From the NCBI GenBank assembly GCA_043228905.1, contig JBHGNT010000012.1, positions 10,726,001 through 10,790,000 of the forward strand: a stretch of DNA of 64,000 bases, in the 5' to 3' direction. Positions 9,357 to 21,880 of this stretch are shown piece by piece (within the stretch, counting starts at the first letter, position 1; each line of letters opens with the position of its first letter). Below the pieces are notes generated by a model. The model was not told where the DNA came from and searched no databases. It was given only the letters and a program-made list of their open reading frames with translations. Source of the DNA: Azolla caroliniana (taxonomy: Eukaryota > Plantae > Polypodiophyta). The translations under genes were made by a program, and so were the position numbers.

Positions 9357-11177
9357 TTCTGCCCGGCGGAGGTTCTCATCAGTGTTTCTTTGTTCTTCTT
9401 CTACCTCTTTCTTCAAGTCCCTTTCTCGGGTGCATAATGCTTCTTGTGCGGTCAGTTCATCTTTCAATTCGGCAAGCTCTTTCGCTTGCGCCGCCATTGT
9501 CTCCGGGACTGGTTCCGTCTTCGAGGTCTTATTACTATGTACAGGTGCTGGTGTGTCTTTATTCTGTACGTCTACTGGAGTCACCGGTGCTTGGATCTGT
9601 TGTTCAGTTAAGGCCATTTTGGCCAATTCTTCTGTGGCCAGGTCCAAGCCTTGTTCTAGGCTCCGGATCCTCGACCGGGCCGTCTCTAGTTCTCCGGTTG
9701 TGACTAGCAACTGGTCCATCTGCGCTTTCTCTTTCGCCTCTATGTAGTGCACCACACCGGCAATCTGTTCTCCAATCCACCGGAGCCATTGGCTGCCGGT
9801 GCCCTGTTGTTGCGTCTGCACGGAGAGTTGGCTGTTGGTTCCGTTAGCCAGTGGTCGGTCTTGTCTGGTTGCGTTGAGCTGCAACTCTGTCTCTGGTTGG
9901 TGACCACTTTGCCGTTCTGGTTCTGGTTGTGCCTCCGTTGGCCGCTCCGCCTCTGATTGCTCTTGACCTGCCTGTGAGGGAGACAACTGTACTACCGACG
10001 CTTGAATTTCAGGTCTTGTCGTATCCTGACCAACCGGTATAGCTTGTTGTGCAGGGAGCTCTATGACCGGTTCTGTCCAAACCGGTTCCGATTCCACCCT
10101 TGGTGTTGAATGCTCAGTGCAGGGTAGAGGCGTTCCATCCTTCTTTGGGTTCGAACGCTCCCCGGCCTGTTCTGCGGTGCTTGCCTTCTGTCGCCGCTGG
10201 AGGTGCTCTAACGGTTCCTCCTCCGCTTCCTCCTCCTGAGTCCCGATGTTGACTTTTGCTGCCAAGGGGTCCGGTTGTTGTTGAACCGATCGGTGAAATA
10301 TGATTTTGATTGGCCGTGCCGGTGTCTCCTCCTGCGTTTCCGCCTGCCGCTTCCTATTGGCGCGCTCTTTTGCCGCCTTGTCTGTGTCAGCCGCCTTCCC
10401 TTTGGGTGCCTTAGAGGCCAACAGTTGCTGTCGTTTCGAAGCCATTTTCGGGGTGCCTTCAGTCGTTCTCCCCCGCTTTGTGGTCTTGACGGGCTTGATA
10501 GGTGGCGCCAATAGGGTGAGCCATTGCGCCAGTGCAATCCATATTTTCCGACCCTCCTTGCCTCTTACAAAGTCGATGGCCGCATAGAGGCCGTCCGCAA
10601 TCAGTACCGGCCAGTCCACCTTCACGCCTTCATACGTTGCTATGACTAAGCCGGCTCAGTTCTAAGGCATGCACGGGGGTCGAGGGTATACATGTCCAAA
10701 TTCATGGAGCACACGGGCAATCTCTTGAAATAATGTATCTTCGCCGCCCTATGTCCTGTAGGCCTTGTTGGCCAGAGAGTATTCGCCAAAATATTTTTGG
10801 AGCTGCTCCAGGGTAGGGTTGTCGATAGTGAAGATACCCCCCTCCGGAAGGCCAATCAAAGCACGGATGGCCTCCTCCATGATCAACTCTATGTCGATTT
10901 CCTTTACTATCTTCTCCGCCTCCCGGTGCGGTGGCGCCTTCCTGATCGTGAGGAAACCTTCTAAACCGTTTTGCCTTAGCCACTTCTTAGCTGCTTCAGA
11001 GAGTGCTTGGTAGTCCATGGCTTCTTCGAGGTCGGTGGCTGCTGGTGAGGGATGTGTGTGAGGAGGGTCTGTGTGCGTGGGCTCGCGTCTGATGATCTTC
11101 AATCGCCTATGTGTGTTTGTGTTCCTCTGTTCGCGAAATGTGAAGACCTCCATGCTATGGGGGTTTTCTTGCTGCAT
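9357..11177 (-). pseudogene. N-terminal part of element A extra ORF
   Basis: ORFs 10749-11177 and 9252-10625 are homologous to 48170-48990 and 41275-42420 of element B (LEGFLTI, IRALIGLPEGG, KVDWPVLIADGL, QWLTLLAPP). Confidence 0.8.
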
Positions 11178-11414
11178 GTTGGCGCCTTTTTTTTTCTTAT
11201 CCGCGCGTGTGCACGTCGTGTACTAGAATAGAATGATGTGCCATGTGACAGCAGTTTAATACCCTATTAATAGCCCACTACGTACCTTTTCAAGGTGCTT
11301 GTTCACTCCTCGTTCTTGCATGTGTCCGTACACACCTTGCGCTTGTATGATTTACTTTGATTTGATTTGATTCAATTTATTATTATTTTTATTTTTATTT
11401 ATAAAACTGTTTGG

Positions 11415-14400
11415 TTAATTCGTATCCGGTCCCACCGGACCCCTATCCGAATTGTGGGACTTGCCGGCCGCTGGACTGCTTGTTGTCGCGTCGTTCTTGT
11501 CGTTTGCGGGCTCATGATACCTCTTACCGGCTTCACGCTTGCCGATTGCTAAACGTGTTGCCGTCTCTTCCGACTTACCGGTCTCCGGTTCTGTGTTGGC
11601 CTTTACTTGTTCAAATGAGTTTCTTGGCATGGGTCCATTGTATGGTTTGAGTCGGAACCCATTGATCCATTTACCCAAAACCTCGCCGGCGAGTGTCCCT
11701 AATTGGTAGGAACCGTTGAACTCACGCGTGATTCAGTATGGTCCGGTCCACCAAAACCGTAGCTTCCCCGGCATCGTACCCATCCGGGTCTGGAATACTA
11801 GTACCAGCTTACCGATTTCGAACATCTTTTCGTTCCCTTTTCGGTGACGATCCACGAACGCTTTCGTTCGCCGCTGCTCTAGTTCTAGGTGCATGATGTT
11901 GGCTAGCCGGTGTTCTTCCAATTCGCATAGCACGGCTAACCGGATCGCTTCCAATTCCTTCTCATTTAGGCGTTCCCGAATCTGTATTCATAAACTCGGT
12001 ACCTGGAACTCGACCGACATCACTGCTTCCAATCCGAATGCTAGGCGAAACGATGTTGTGCGGATACTTGTCTTATATGTTGTTCGATAGGCCCAGAGTG
12101 CACTCTGTAGCTTTGTATCCCAATCCGTCTGGTTCTCATTAATGATATTTCGAAGGATGTTCTGTAGTGTTTTATTTGTTGACTCGGCTAATCCGTTCAC
12201 TTGTGGATAATAGGGAGTGCTCCGTTTATGCACCACCGCATAGAATGTCGTCAAACTTTCCACCACTTGCCCTAAGAAGTGCCCACCTTGGTCACTTATT
12301 AGCTCTATCGACATCTATACCGGCACCAGATGTATTCATATAAAATTTTTGTTGTGGATGCCGCGGTGTTGTTGCATAGTGGTTTGACTTCCACCCATTT
12401 TGTGCAATAATCCGTAGTGACAATCATGTACCGGTTGCCGGTTCTCATTGCTGGTGGTTTGAATGGACCGACAAAATCTAGCCCCCATTTCTATAATGGT
12501 TCTAACGGTAGCACGGGCTGGTGAGGCATCCAGGCTTGTTCGGTTGGTTGGCCCATTCGCTGACATAGGTCACATTGTTTAGCGTATCAGACTGCATCCT
12601 TCAATGTTGTTGGCCACCATAGTCCACTCTGCCATATTTTCCTTGCCGTAGCGTCTCCAGTATAATGTCCTCCAACCACTCCGCAGTGTGCTTCGTGCAA
12701 TATTATGTCCTTTTCGTCGTTGCGCACTGCACGCCGCCATATGTCATCTGCGCCTTTGTGGTACAGTGTGTCCTGTAATAGACAGAAGTGTCGGCTTTGA
12801 ACAGCTAAGCGTTTCCTCTCGTCTCTGTTCATCTCCTCCGGATGTAAGCCGGTGCTCAAAAATTGGTGCATGTTGGTGAGCCACTTGTCTTCCTCTGCGA
12901 CCGTACCATCCGTTGCCGTTTCTGTTGTGACTCTAAACAGCTCTGCATCCGGGAACTCGTCTACAACGCCGTCACCGGTTTCGCCGGAATCTAACCGGCT
13001 CAAATAGTCTGCTACCGCATGTTGTATGCCAGGTCGGTGGAATATCTCGAACTCAAATTCTTGTAATAGTAACGTCCACCATGCCAGCTTACCGGTGAGT
13101 GATGCTTTGGACACCAAATAGAGGACCGCCGAATGATCTACGTGAAAGGAAAATTTCCTTCCCAACAAATAGTGTCTAAACTTGGTGACATTGTAGATCA
13201 TGCCCAAGGCCTCTCTTTTCGTTGTGGAATAATTACGTTCCACTTGGGACAGCTTCCGGCTGGCATAATACACTGGCCGGTACCACTTCGGTTCTGTAAG
13301 TTGCATAAGTGCGCTCCTGATTGCAATGTCGGACGCATCAACGAACACATGGAACTCTTTAGACCAATCCGGAGGTTGCACCACTGGTGCTTGTGACAAT
13401 AGTACTTTTAGTGCCCGGTAAGCCTTGTCTTCTGTGTCTGTCCATTGGAATGGTGTCCGATGTACCGCGGCATACAATGGTGTAGCCAGGTCTGCCAAAT
13501 ACCAGAGCATTCGGCTATGCCACCGAATTTGTCCTAGGAACCGGCTTAATGCCTTTGCCGTGGTTGGTGTCGGTGCCTCCAAAATAGCTTTGACCTTGTC
13601 CAGATCCACTGCAATACCGTCCTTGCTCACGATGTGGCCAAGTAACGCTCCGCTGGACACTTCGAACACGCATTTTGTTGGGTTAAGGCTTAGCCGGTAA
13701 ACCCTACATTTCTCTAGACATAATCAGAGGTGCTGAAGGTGATCCCCTTCCCGGCTATAAACAACGAAGTTGTCCATGAACACCTGCATGATTGCCGGAA
13801 TGAATTCTCTGAAAATCTCCATGATGATCCGTTGGAAGGTTGCCAACGCCATTTTCAGTCCGAACATCATAACTACGGCAACAAAGACTCCCCATTCGGT
13901 GACTAAAGCGGTTTTCTCCTTGTCGTCAGGGTGCATCCGGATCTGATTATTTCCGCTGAAACCGTCTAGAAAACTGTACACCTCATGACCAGCGACCGCA
14001 TCCAAGACTCCATCCGTGAATGGAAGTGGAAAGGCGTCCGTTACCGTAGCCGCATTCAATTTCCGGTAGTCGACGCAAACTCTTATCTTACCGTTCTTTT
14101 TCGGTACTACGACTATCGGACTGAGCCATGTGGCTTTCTTTACTGGTCGGATGAAGCCAACCCTTAGCAACTTGTCGATTTCTTCTTTGACTTTTGCTGC
14201 GTAATTCGGTTTCATCCAATAACCCCGTTGCGCTACTGGTTTGGCCTCTTTACTCAGATGTATCTGGTGTTGATACAATTGAGGATCGAGTCCCCGCATG
14301 TCCTCATAGGACCAGGCGAACACATCACGAAATTCTTTTAGGAGTGTGATCATTCCCGTTTTGTTCTCCGGGGTCATTTCCTTGGCAATGTGAACCGTTC

Positions 14401-14754
14401 TTGCGTCCTCTGTGGTACCTAGGTTTACCTCTTCTAGTTGGGATGCTTTTACACGCTGCGACACTGCCATATCTCTTTCCAGTGCCTCCTGTGCTTGCCG
14501 TAACTCCCGGATCGCTTCTTTATCTGATTCCTCGTCGGTCCCGTTTGGTTGCCGTATGTTGATACTACTTCGGCTACATCAATTTCGAACAGAAGTACGA
14601 TCTTCAGATTTTCCTGTAAATATTGATCAACCTCTTCGTCCGCCAATCCTTCCAACATGTTGACACATTCCGCATATAGTGGCGTCAATTCCTTGTCGGT
14701 ACCCGACCGTGGTTGAGTCGGTACTCGCACTTTCGCTTTTCCACACCGGAACAT
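11415..14754 (-). pseudogene. Element A pol (RT, RNase H, integrase with GPY motif), fragmented
   Basis: RVCVDYRKLN, FLDGFSG, VFMDNF, VFVDASD, LISDQGGHF, STPYYPQVNG, KLRFWWTGPY; several stops and frameshifts. Confidence 0.92.
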
Positions 14755-14769
14755 AATTATATTCTTCCT

Positions 14770-17284
14770 CTAGTTTTGCTTGATGTGTGTTGTTTTTAAC
14801 CAAGGGCGTCCCAACAATAGTGGGTAAGCTCCCTGAGCCTGTAGCTGGAGAACTACTGCCGAAATGCGAAATGTATGACCCCCGATGGTCACTTCCAGAT
14901 CACGTATTAATCCGGTCGGCCGTACTGAGCTTGTGTCCGCCATCCGAAGCCAAAACGGGCACGGTTCCCAGTCATGGATTCCTAGAGTGTTACATGTTCG
15001 GAGGTTGATCACGTTCACGTCGGATCCTCCATCAATAATCGTGTCGGGTAGCTCTTTTCCTTTCACGATGGTTGTGATTGCCGGACTACTCGTGTCTACT
15101 ACTGCCGATCCTTCCTCCGGATTTGAAAAGAAAGCCGGAGTCGGTGGTGTGTCGGATGCCGTCATTCCTGTCTTCAGTCCTTCCGTGAAGCGTGGTACTA
15201 GTTGCAATAGTCGGCCTAACGGCAACGTTATTTGGCATTCTTGTAATGCCTGCCATGTTGGGTTTTTGGGCTGCCCTATGCTAGTGAGCTCTTCGGCATT
15301 CTCCTTTTGTTGTTCGAGCTCTGCCACATTCTGCTCGTTTGCCTTCTTCACCCATTCGGTTGCCTGCTTCCGGATGGCGTCTTGAGTTTCCCACTCCGTG
15401 GCTTTGCCTTTTGATCTTGTAGTGACTTGTTGTAAGTCCGCGACTTTCGCGACTACCATGTTCACCGTTGGTCGCTTGTCGTAGCTCTTCGCCGAACATT
15501 GGTTACTATAGTGGCCTTCCTGCCGGCAATAATAGTAGTACGCCTTCCGGGTGTTGTTGGATTCGGCGTTTGTGCCCTCACCCAGTTGAGGTCCTATGGT
15601 AAGTGCTTGGTTTTGGTCCGGTTGGCTGCTTGGAGCGCCCTTTTCCGGTTCCCGCAGATGACCCCCCTTTTTGTTGAAATGACGTTTCTTGTTGAAATTC
15701 TTTTTGTTTCGGTAACCTTGATGGGGTTGGTCGTCATACTTGCCATAGTCGTCCCGTCGTTGGTTGTAACCAGGGGAGTGATCCCAGTTGTATCTCTCGT
15801 ACTGTCCATTATAGTCCCGGTATCTATCTTGTCTGTCATACCGGTCATAAGTGTCTCTTCGATCGGTGTACCGAACATCTTGTGCCGGTCGGTAGCACTC
15901 CTCTCGCCGCCAGCGTTCTTCTTCTTCCTCCTGGTTGCTTCGTGGTTCAATTTCCTGAACCGGTGGTGCTTGCCGATTTAACAGGTTATATTCACACCGT
16001 TCCATTGTGTAACTTCTGGAGTGGCAGAGCAAGCATTGGGAATGCATGGTGCATTCCAACGCCGAATGTCCGGCATTCAGGCATGTCGTACATTGAATTG
16101 CTTGGCGGAAGCGGAGGTCCTCATCTGTCGGTACTGCACGCTGAAGTGCGCCATGGCCATGAACTTGATTTTTCCATTTCACGAACTCTATCGATCACTT
16201 GATCTATGCTGCTAGTGCGGAAATCAATGACGGTGCACACCGTTCGTAAGGGTTCCTGGAGTGCTGCTAAGAATATGGCCTTTGTTTCTTCCTCCGGTGG
16301 TGCCCAGTTGAGCTAACAATGGATCCGCTGGAACCGGATGACAAACTGTTGAATGTTCTCCGTTGGTTCTTGCCAGATAATGTAAAATAGGCCTACCATT
16401 TCCCGTTGGTCCATCTCCTTGTGAAAGAAATGCAAGAACTTGGTCTTTAATGCTTCAAACTTGGGGATGGTGCTTGGATCTTGTGTTCGGTGCCATTTGG
16501 CAGCCTGTCCCTCTAGGGTCATGCCGAACTCTGCCATTTTTTAGTGTTCCTCTTCGGCCGCATTTAAGCGTTGGGACACATGGTTTGCCTCCCTGGTCTG
16601 CTGAAACGCATGAACGTGGGCTTCTGCGTCCAGATCATCCCGGTATCTGGGATATTGGAACGGCATATCGTCGTCTGGTGTCAGTACGCAGGCTAGTGGT
16701 TCCGGTGGTCTTTCCTCCTCCTCTATTGGAGTCAGAGGTCTTTCCCACTCCTCTGTCGGCGTCAGAGGTCTTTCTTGCTCCTCTTTCGGTGTTGGAGGCC
16801 TCTCCTCCTCGACTTCTAGTGTCGAAGATCTCTCTTCCTCAACTTCTGGTTCCAGAGTGTGCTCGACTTTCGGTGCAGAAGGTTCCAGCCTTGTCAATTC
16901 TGGTTCTGGTGTCGGCAAGGTATCCGACTCCTCATCCTCCGGTCCGTCTGGGGTGTCGTTACTGCTGCGGTAGTACGTATGCAAGTTGTATTCCCCTTCC
17001 GAACCCGATTCAAAAGCCGAAAATGCTTCGGATTCACCTTCGCCCGCTGCCAATGCCTGGAGAAGGGATTCCGCTTCCCAGAGGCTACTTAGGTTGCTTC
17101 CTTCATCCAGGTAGTCGTTTTGTTGTAAATGAAGTGACTCCTTGGTCACTCTCCGGATCACCTGGGAAAATGAGCGATCCGCTCTGATTTCTTCTACCAC
17201 TTGCTGGAAAGCCTCTTGCTTCCTCAGCCGTTTAGCAAGTCTCCTTGCTCGCTCCGTAACCGGGTTGTTCGTTGGTCTAGTCAT
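14770..17284 (-). pseudogene. Element A gag-protease, fragmented
   Basis: Zinc knuckles CTTCLNAGHSALEC and (Y)YYCRQEGHYSNQC; protease IIDGGS; LLLGRPWL. Confidence 0.88.
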
Positions 17285-17320
17285 CCATTCCCGCCATTGT
17301 TCGCTGCGATTGTGTAGGAA

Positions 17321-17332
17321 TCGTGGTCGCCA
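17321..17332 (-). other. Primer-binding site TGGCGACCACGA of element A (tRNA unassigned, possibly Arg)
   Basis: TGG-initiated site 7 nt from the LTR end; the same site occurs in elements B (~59149-59161) and C (~55727-55736). Confidence 0.7.
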
Positions 17333-17339
17333 AAAACTG

Positions 17340-17782
17340 TGTTATTCCTTAGGGCCAGACAATGGCCTAACACAGGGTGTCTACAGAAGACACTTCACCA
17401 AAGGGGTGCTACGGCGAGATAACTTAAGACTCAACGATTAATCAGACTTTAATTGGTTACTTAGCAATATGGCATTAGACTTGATACACGCGTATGATAG
17501 AACAATTAGCACAGAACGGTAATCAACACTTAAAGATAAAACAAGAAGCTCTATTAATTATCCGTCAAAGTTTTACATTGTAACCGGGCCTTTATATAGG
17601 TCACCAGTGCTGAGTACAAAACGGTGCCAACCGGCACCTGTTCGGAACTGGTCCGGATCCGGATCGGCATACCGATTCCGATCCGTCTGTTCACGTCTCA
17701 TAAACTACTTAATTATAATAGATTCTGAATATACAATCCCTTTCACATTCTGGTCTTTAACTCCTTTGTCGGCCGGGTAATA
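17340..17782 (-). repeat. 5' LTR of element A
   Basis: TGTTATT...GGTAATA on +; matches 1-389. Confidence 0.92.
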
Positions 17783-18131
17783 AGTCACTCCGCAGAGCAA
17801 ACCAAGTCCCCGCCCAATGATGAGCCTGAAGTCACGACGACGGGCAATCAAACAAGTGTCGAAACCACAAAGGAGCGGCTACCAGAGGGGGAACCGCGCC
17901 AAGAAGAGCCCTCGACAGAGCCGGAAAAGGTGGTCCCCGAAGAAGAACCAATAGAGCAAGCCCAATCCACCTCGGGTGAAGAAGAGAGAGTGGAAACCGC
18001 GGCACCAATCGAGCCAAACAACGATGCCCCTACGACCCTCACGCCAGCCCCGGATCACGACACACGGGCAGAACCGAACATCCTGGAAACTTTGGACGAC
18101 GAATAGACAGATGGGTTCGACATGCCATGGC
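17783..18131 (+). mobile_element. 3'-internal fragment of another Athila/Phygy-like element (host of element A)
   Basis: Ends ...tttggacgacgaatagacagatgggttcgacatgccatggc, resembling the 3' region of A/B in the opposite orientation; cut by the LTR at 18132. Confidence 0.55.
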
Positions 18132-19584
18132 TGTCAGGAATAGTACTAAAACAGAGAGAGAATTAGTATTGGAAAAGGGAAGTACTATTAGTACTAAGAG
18201 GACAGGACTGCATAAGACTCCCGAGAGAGGAAGAGAGAAGAGGAGGGAGAGAGATAGCGAGGATGAGAGAGAGAGATGATGATAACATAGGACATATTAT
18301 GTGAAGAGTAAGTACAAAAGGGCTATGAGGCTTAAGACTGGCGTTGAACCAATTTGGTTCAAAATAATGCGTAGTGCCTTCTTTTATAGTGTTCTCAGGA
18401 GTAATCCTGAAGCTTCTAGAATGTTCTAGAGAAATTTAGAATATACATTAATTTCCTATAATAAAACTTGAATGGAAATAATATTCTACCTATTACAATA
18501 GATGGTATAATGGTCAAGAGCTCGACCCATATAACATAAGGTCATGGGTTCAAGTCTTGCCATATCATGACACTATCTCCCCCTTAAGACTACGAGTGGA
18601 ACGAGTCGGCGTTGATTGCGGACCGGGTTTGTCCGGATACTTTTGGTGGAACACAACAAGAAGATCCTGAGCATTGGTGACACGCTCGATGGGTTCCCAA
18701 GTACGTTCACTCGGACTATAGCCAAGCCAATCAACTAAATAATAAAGTTTGTTGCGAACAAGTTTGGAATCGAAGACGGCAGCAACTTCATACTCCAGGC
18801 CGGCTTCCAACTCAAGCAGGGGCGGGGGCGGTGTAACAGGATCGGGAATAGTATTTGCTTTATAAGGTTCAAGAAGAGAGCTATGGAAAACTAGATGTAT
18901 CTGAAGATGCGGAGGGAGATCAAGGCAGAACGTGACATCATTAACCTTACTAGTAATACGGAAAGGACCAAGTCGTCGATAATCCAACTTGTCGCATGGT
19001 CGAGTAATCTTGATGTGACGACGTAAGAGCCACACTCGATCTCCGATGGCAAAAGAGGAGGGAAGCCGATGACGATCTGCATAAGTCTTCTATGTGTGTT
19101 GAGCATGACGAAGATGAGTAGAGAGATCCATCTGGATCTTGTGTAGCCTCTCCAAATGATCCTTGGCACGAGGATTGGTAGGTAGCTACGGGGTGTCGAT
19201 CACCGACTAGTGAGGATGAGAACCGGTATAAGCGTAAAATGGGGAGACCCAAGTTGAGGAGTGAACAGCATTATTATATGCAAACTCCGCAAAGTGGAGA
19301 ATCTCGGCCCAATCGTCCTATTGATAACTCCGAAAACACCGGAGATATTGTTCTAGCGTTTGGTTTGTTCATTCCGCTTGCCCATTTGTCTGGGGATGGT
19401 AGCCGAAGGAGAGGTTGCAAGAGACCTTCAGCATCTTGAAGAGATGCTGCCAAAATTTGGAGACGAATTGAGGTCGTTGGTCATTGATGATACTGTCTGG
19501 GAGGCCATGATGCCGAAATACCTCACGCATGACAAGGGCGGCGGTTTCCTCGCTAGTGATGGCCTTAGTACATGGCACAAAATG
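18132..19584 (-). mobile_element. Chromovirus 3' fragment: integrase C-terminus, chromodomain and 3' LTR (18132-18572)
   Basis: YEVAAVFDSKLVRNKLYYLVDWLGYSPSERTWEP; PPT next to the LTR; LTR similar to element H LTRs; truncated by the LTR at 19585. Confidence 0.88.
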
Positions 19585-20420
19585 TGTAGAGAAATCGTTG
19601 CGGAATTAATCACAATAATCAGACGAAACTGAAATACAAATCACACCAAAAACAAAATGCAAGGAAAAACAAGATAGACGACTATACACAGAGATTTACG
19701 TGGAAACCCTAAAACGGGGAAAACCACGGGTGAACAGATTCTTCACTATAATATAGTGGATATATGTTGGGATTACGGTCCCTCCGGATGGGATGGTCAG
19801 ATGTCCGGGAATCGGAAATGAAGACCCGAATGAGGAGTACCCGGTATCGTAACCGGATGATGAAGACCCGGTTTCGGATCCGGATGATGAAGACCCCGGC
19901 TACGGAGCCGGATGACGAATGTATCCGGAGAGAGATCCGGATGCGGGGACATATTTGTGAATATGTTTGCCAAGGGCCCTCTAGGCTATATTTGTAAATA
20001 GCCCGAAAGTCATATGTGTATAAATATGACTTAGGGCAAACAGTTTTGTTGTTGTTGCTCATTTTTCTGTTTTCCACTTAGAGAGAGCGAAGTGAGAGCA
20101 GCCGAGAGAGAGAGTGAGAGAGAGAGAAAGGAAGAGGTTGACGCCTCTGTGTAATACCGCTGCCTGTGGCGAGGACAACGAGCTCAAGGTCGTCGCCTTG
20201 CAGCTCGCCATTGTACATTCCCTGCGTATAGTGATAGTTGGAGTCTTGCACTCCCGTGGTTTTTCCCGTCTAGGGTTTTCCACGCTAAACCCTGTGCATT
20301 CGAGTCTCTCTCTATGTTTTCGATTTACTGCTGCATTGACTCGTGTGTCCTCGGTTGTGGCCGAGAGGTGATGGTTTTGAAAGCGTCGATTTCTAACAAT
20401 CTGGTATCAAAGCGACTGCA

Positions 20421-21880
20421 GTGCAGAAAATGGAAGGCGGCAGCAGCGGGCAGCCGGGGATGATGGTGCTGAATGCGCAGAACTACGCCGACTGGAAGAT
20501 AAAGATGGAGGATCTGCTCATTGTTCGGGACCTGTATGAACCGATCGACAGGTCGGAAATACCCAAGGGGGTACTTGAGATGGAATGGAGGCTTCTGAAC
20601 CGGAAAGCCGTTGCAACCATTCGGCAATACGTCGACGTGAGCGTTCTACAACATGTGGCGAACGACACCAACGCATATGAGATGTGGCAGAAGCTGTCGG
20701 GCCTCTACGAGAGGAAGAATGCGTTGAACCGGACCTCCCTGATGAGGAAGATAGTGAACCTCAAGTACCGGGACGGCGAGAGTATGGTGGAACACGTAAG
20801 CACGTTCATGGGATTCGTGAACCAGCTTGCGGCGATCAAGTTCCCGTTGGAGGATGCAATGCAAGCCATCATGTTGATGTGTACATTGTCGGAAAGCTGG
20901 GAGAACTTGGTGGTGACTCTCAGCACCTCCTGCACCGAAGATAACTTGTCCCTACAAACGGTAAAGACAAGCATTTTGAACGAAGAAGCGCGTCGGAGAG
21001 ATAAAGAACCGGCCTCCGATCCGAAGATGCTGCTTACCGAATCGGATCGGGGAAGACAACGGAACCGGAGTCCGCAAAGACGGGAGAAATCGGGGACTCG
21101 GTCGCAGTCAAGAGGAAGGCCCACATGCTTCCACTGTGGGAAGCCGGGGCACTTCCGAAAGAATTGTCGGCATTACCGAAAAGACAACGGAGCCGACGAC
21201 ACCGATTCGAAGAAGTCTTCGGAACGGAACGGTGCTTACCGGGGAGCCACGGACCGGAATGGTTCGGATCGGCGAGGGCAGGACCGGAAAGGAACGACGG
21301 CACTCGCGGCAAGTGAAGAGGAGATCATGCTCATCACCGAAGAAGGTGAACTAAACATTGCCGGCGATGAGACTACCTGGGTGGTCGATTCCGGAGCGTC
21401 GTTCCACCTGACCCCGGAAAGAAGATACTTCTCATCCTACACAGCCGGTGAGCATGGCTGTGTTCGGATGGGAAATGAAGGTACGTGCCGGATTGCCGGC
21501 ATAGGAGACGTGTGGTTGACAACCTCGACCGGATGCAAAATGCTGCTGAAGGATGTCTGACACGTTCCGGAGGTTCAATTGAACCTGATTTCGGCCGGGA
21601 GGCTAGACGATGAAGGCTACACAGGTAGCATCCGGAACTGCGTAATGAAGTTCAGCAAGGGGAGCCTGATAGTGGCTCGGGCCCGGAAAGTCAACACACT
21701 GTACCTTATGAATGCCTGGTTGTGTCCGGAGGAGTTGAACGTGGCAGCCGACACTGCCGGTGAGCTGTGGCACAAGAGACTGTGCCACATGAGTGAGAAG
21801 GGGATGAAGAGGCTTGCAGAAGACAACCTTATTCCAGTGAAGCATGTGCACCTGGAGAAGTGCACCGATTGCTTGGCCGG
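20421..21880 (+). pseudogene. Element E gag-protease-GAG-pre-integrase (stop at 21558-60, cut by F)
   Basis: CFHCGKPGHFRKNC, WVVDSGASFH, LWHKRLCHMS. Confidence 0.9.

Larger units (their letters stand above)
1..17782 (-). mobile_element. Element A: non-chromovirus Ty3/Gypsy LTR retrotransposon (Athila/Phygy-like), degenerate, left end outside window
   Basis: Near-identical LTR copies at 1-389 (partial) and 17340-17782. Minus-strand order gag-PR-RT-RH-INT-extra ORF. PBS TGGCGACCACGA a few nt inside the 5' LTR. Confidence 0.92.

Noticed and set aside
19709-20371. Duplicated small ORFs (also 30066-30949, 42587-42775, 47846-48064)
   Set aside because: They lie within LTRs and are duplicated only because the LTRs are.
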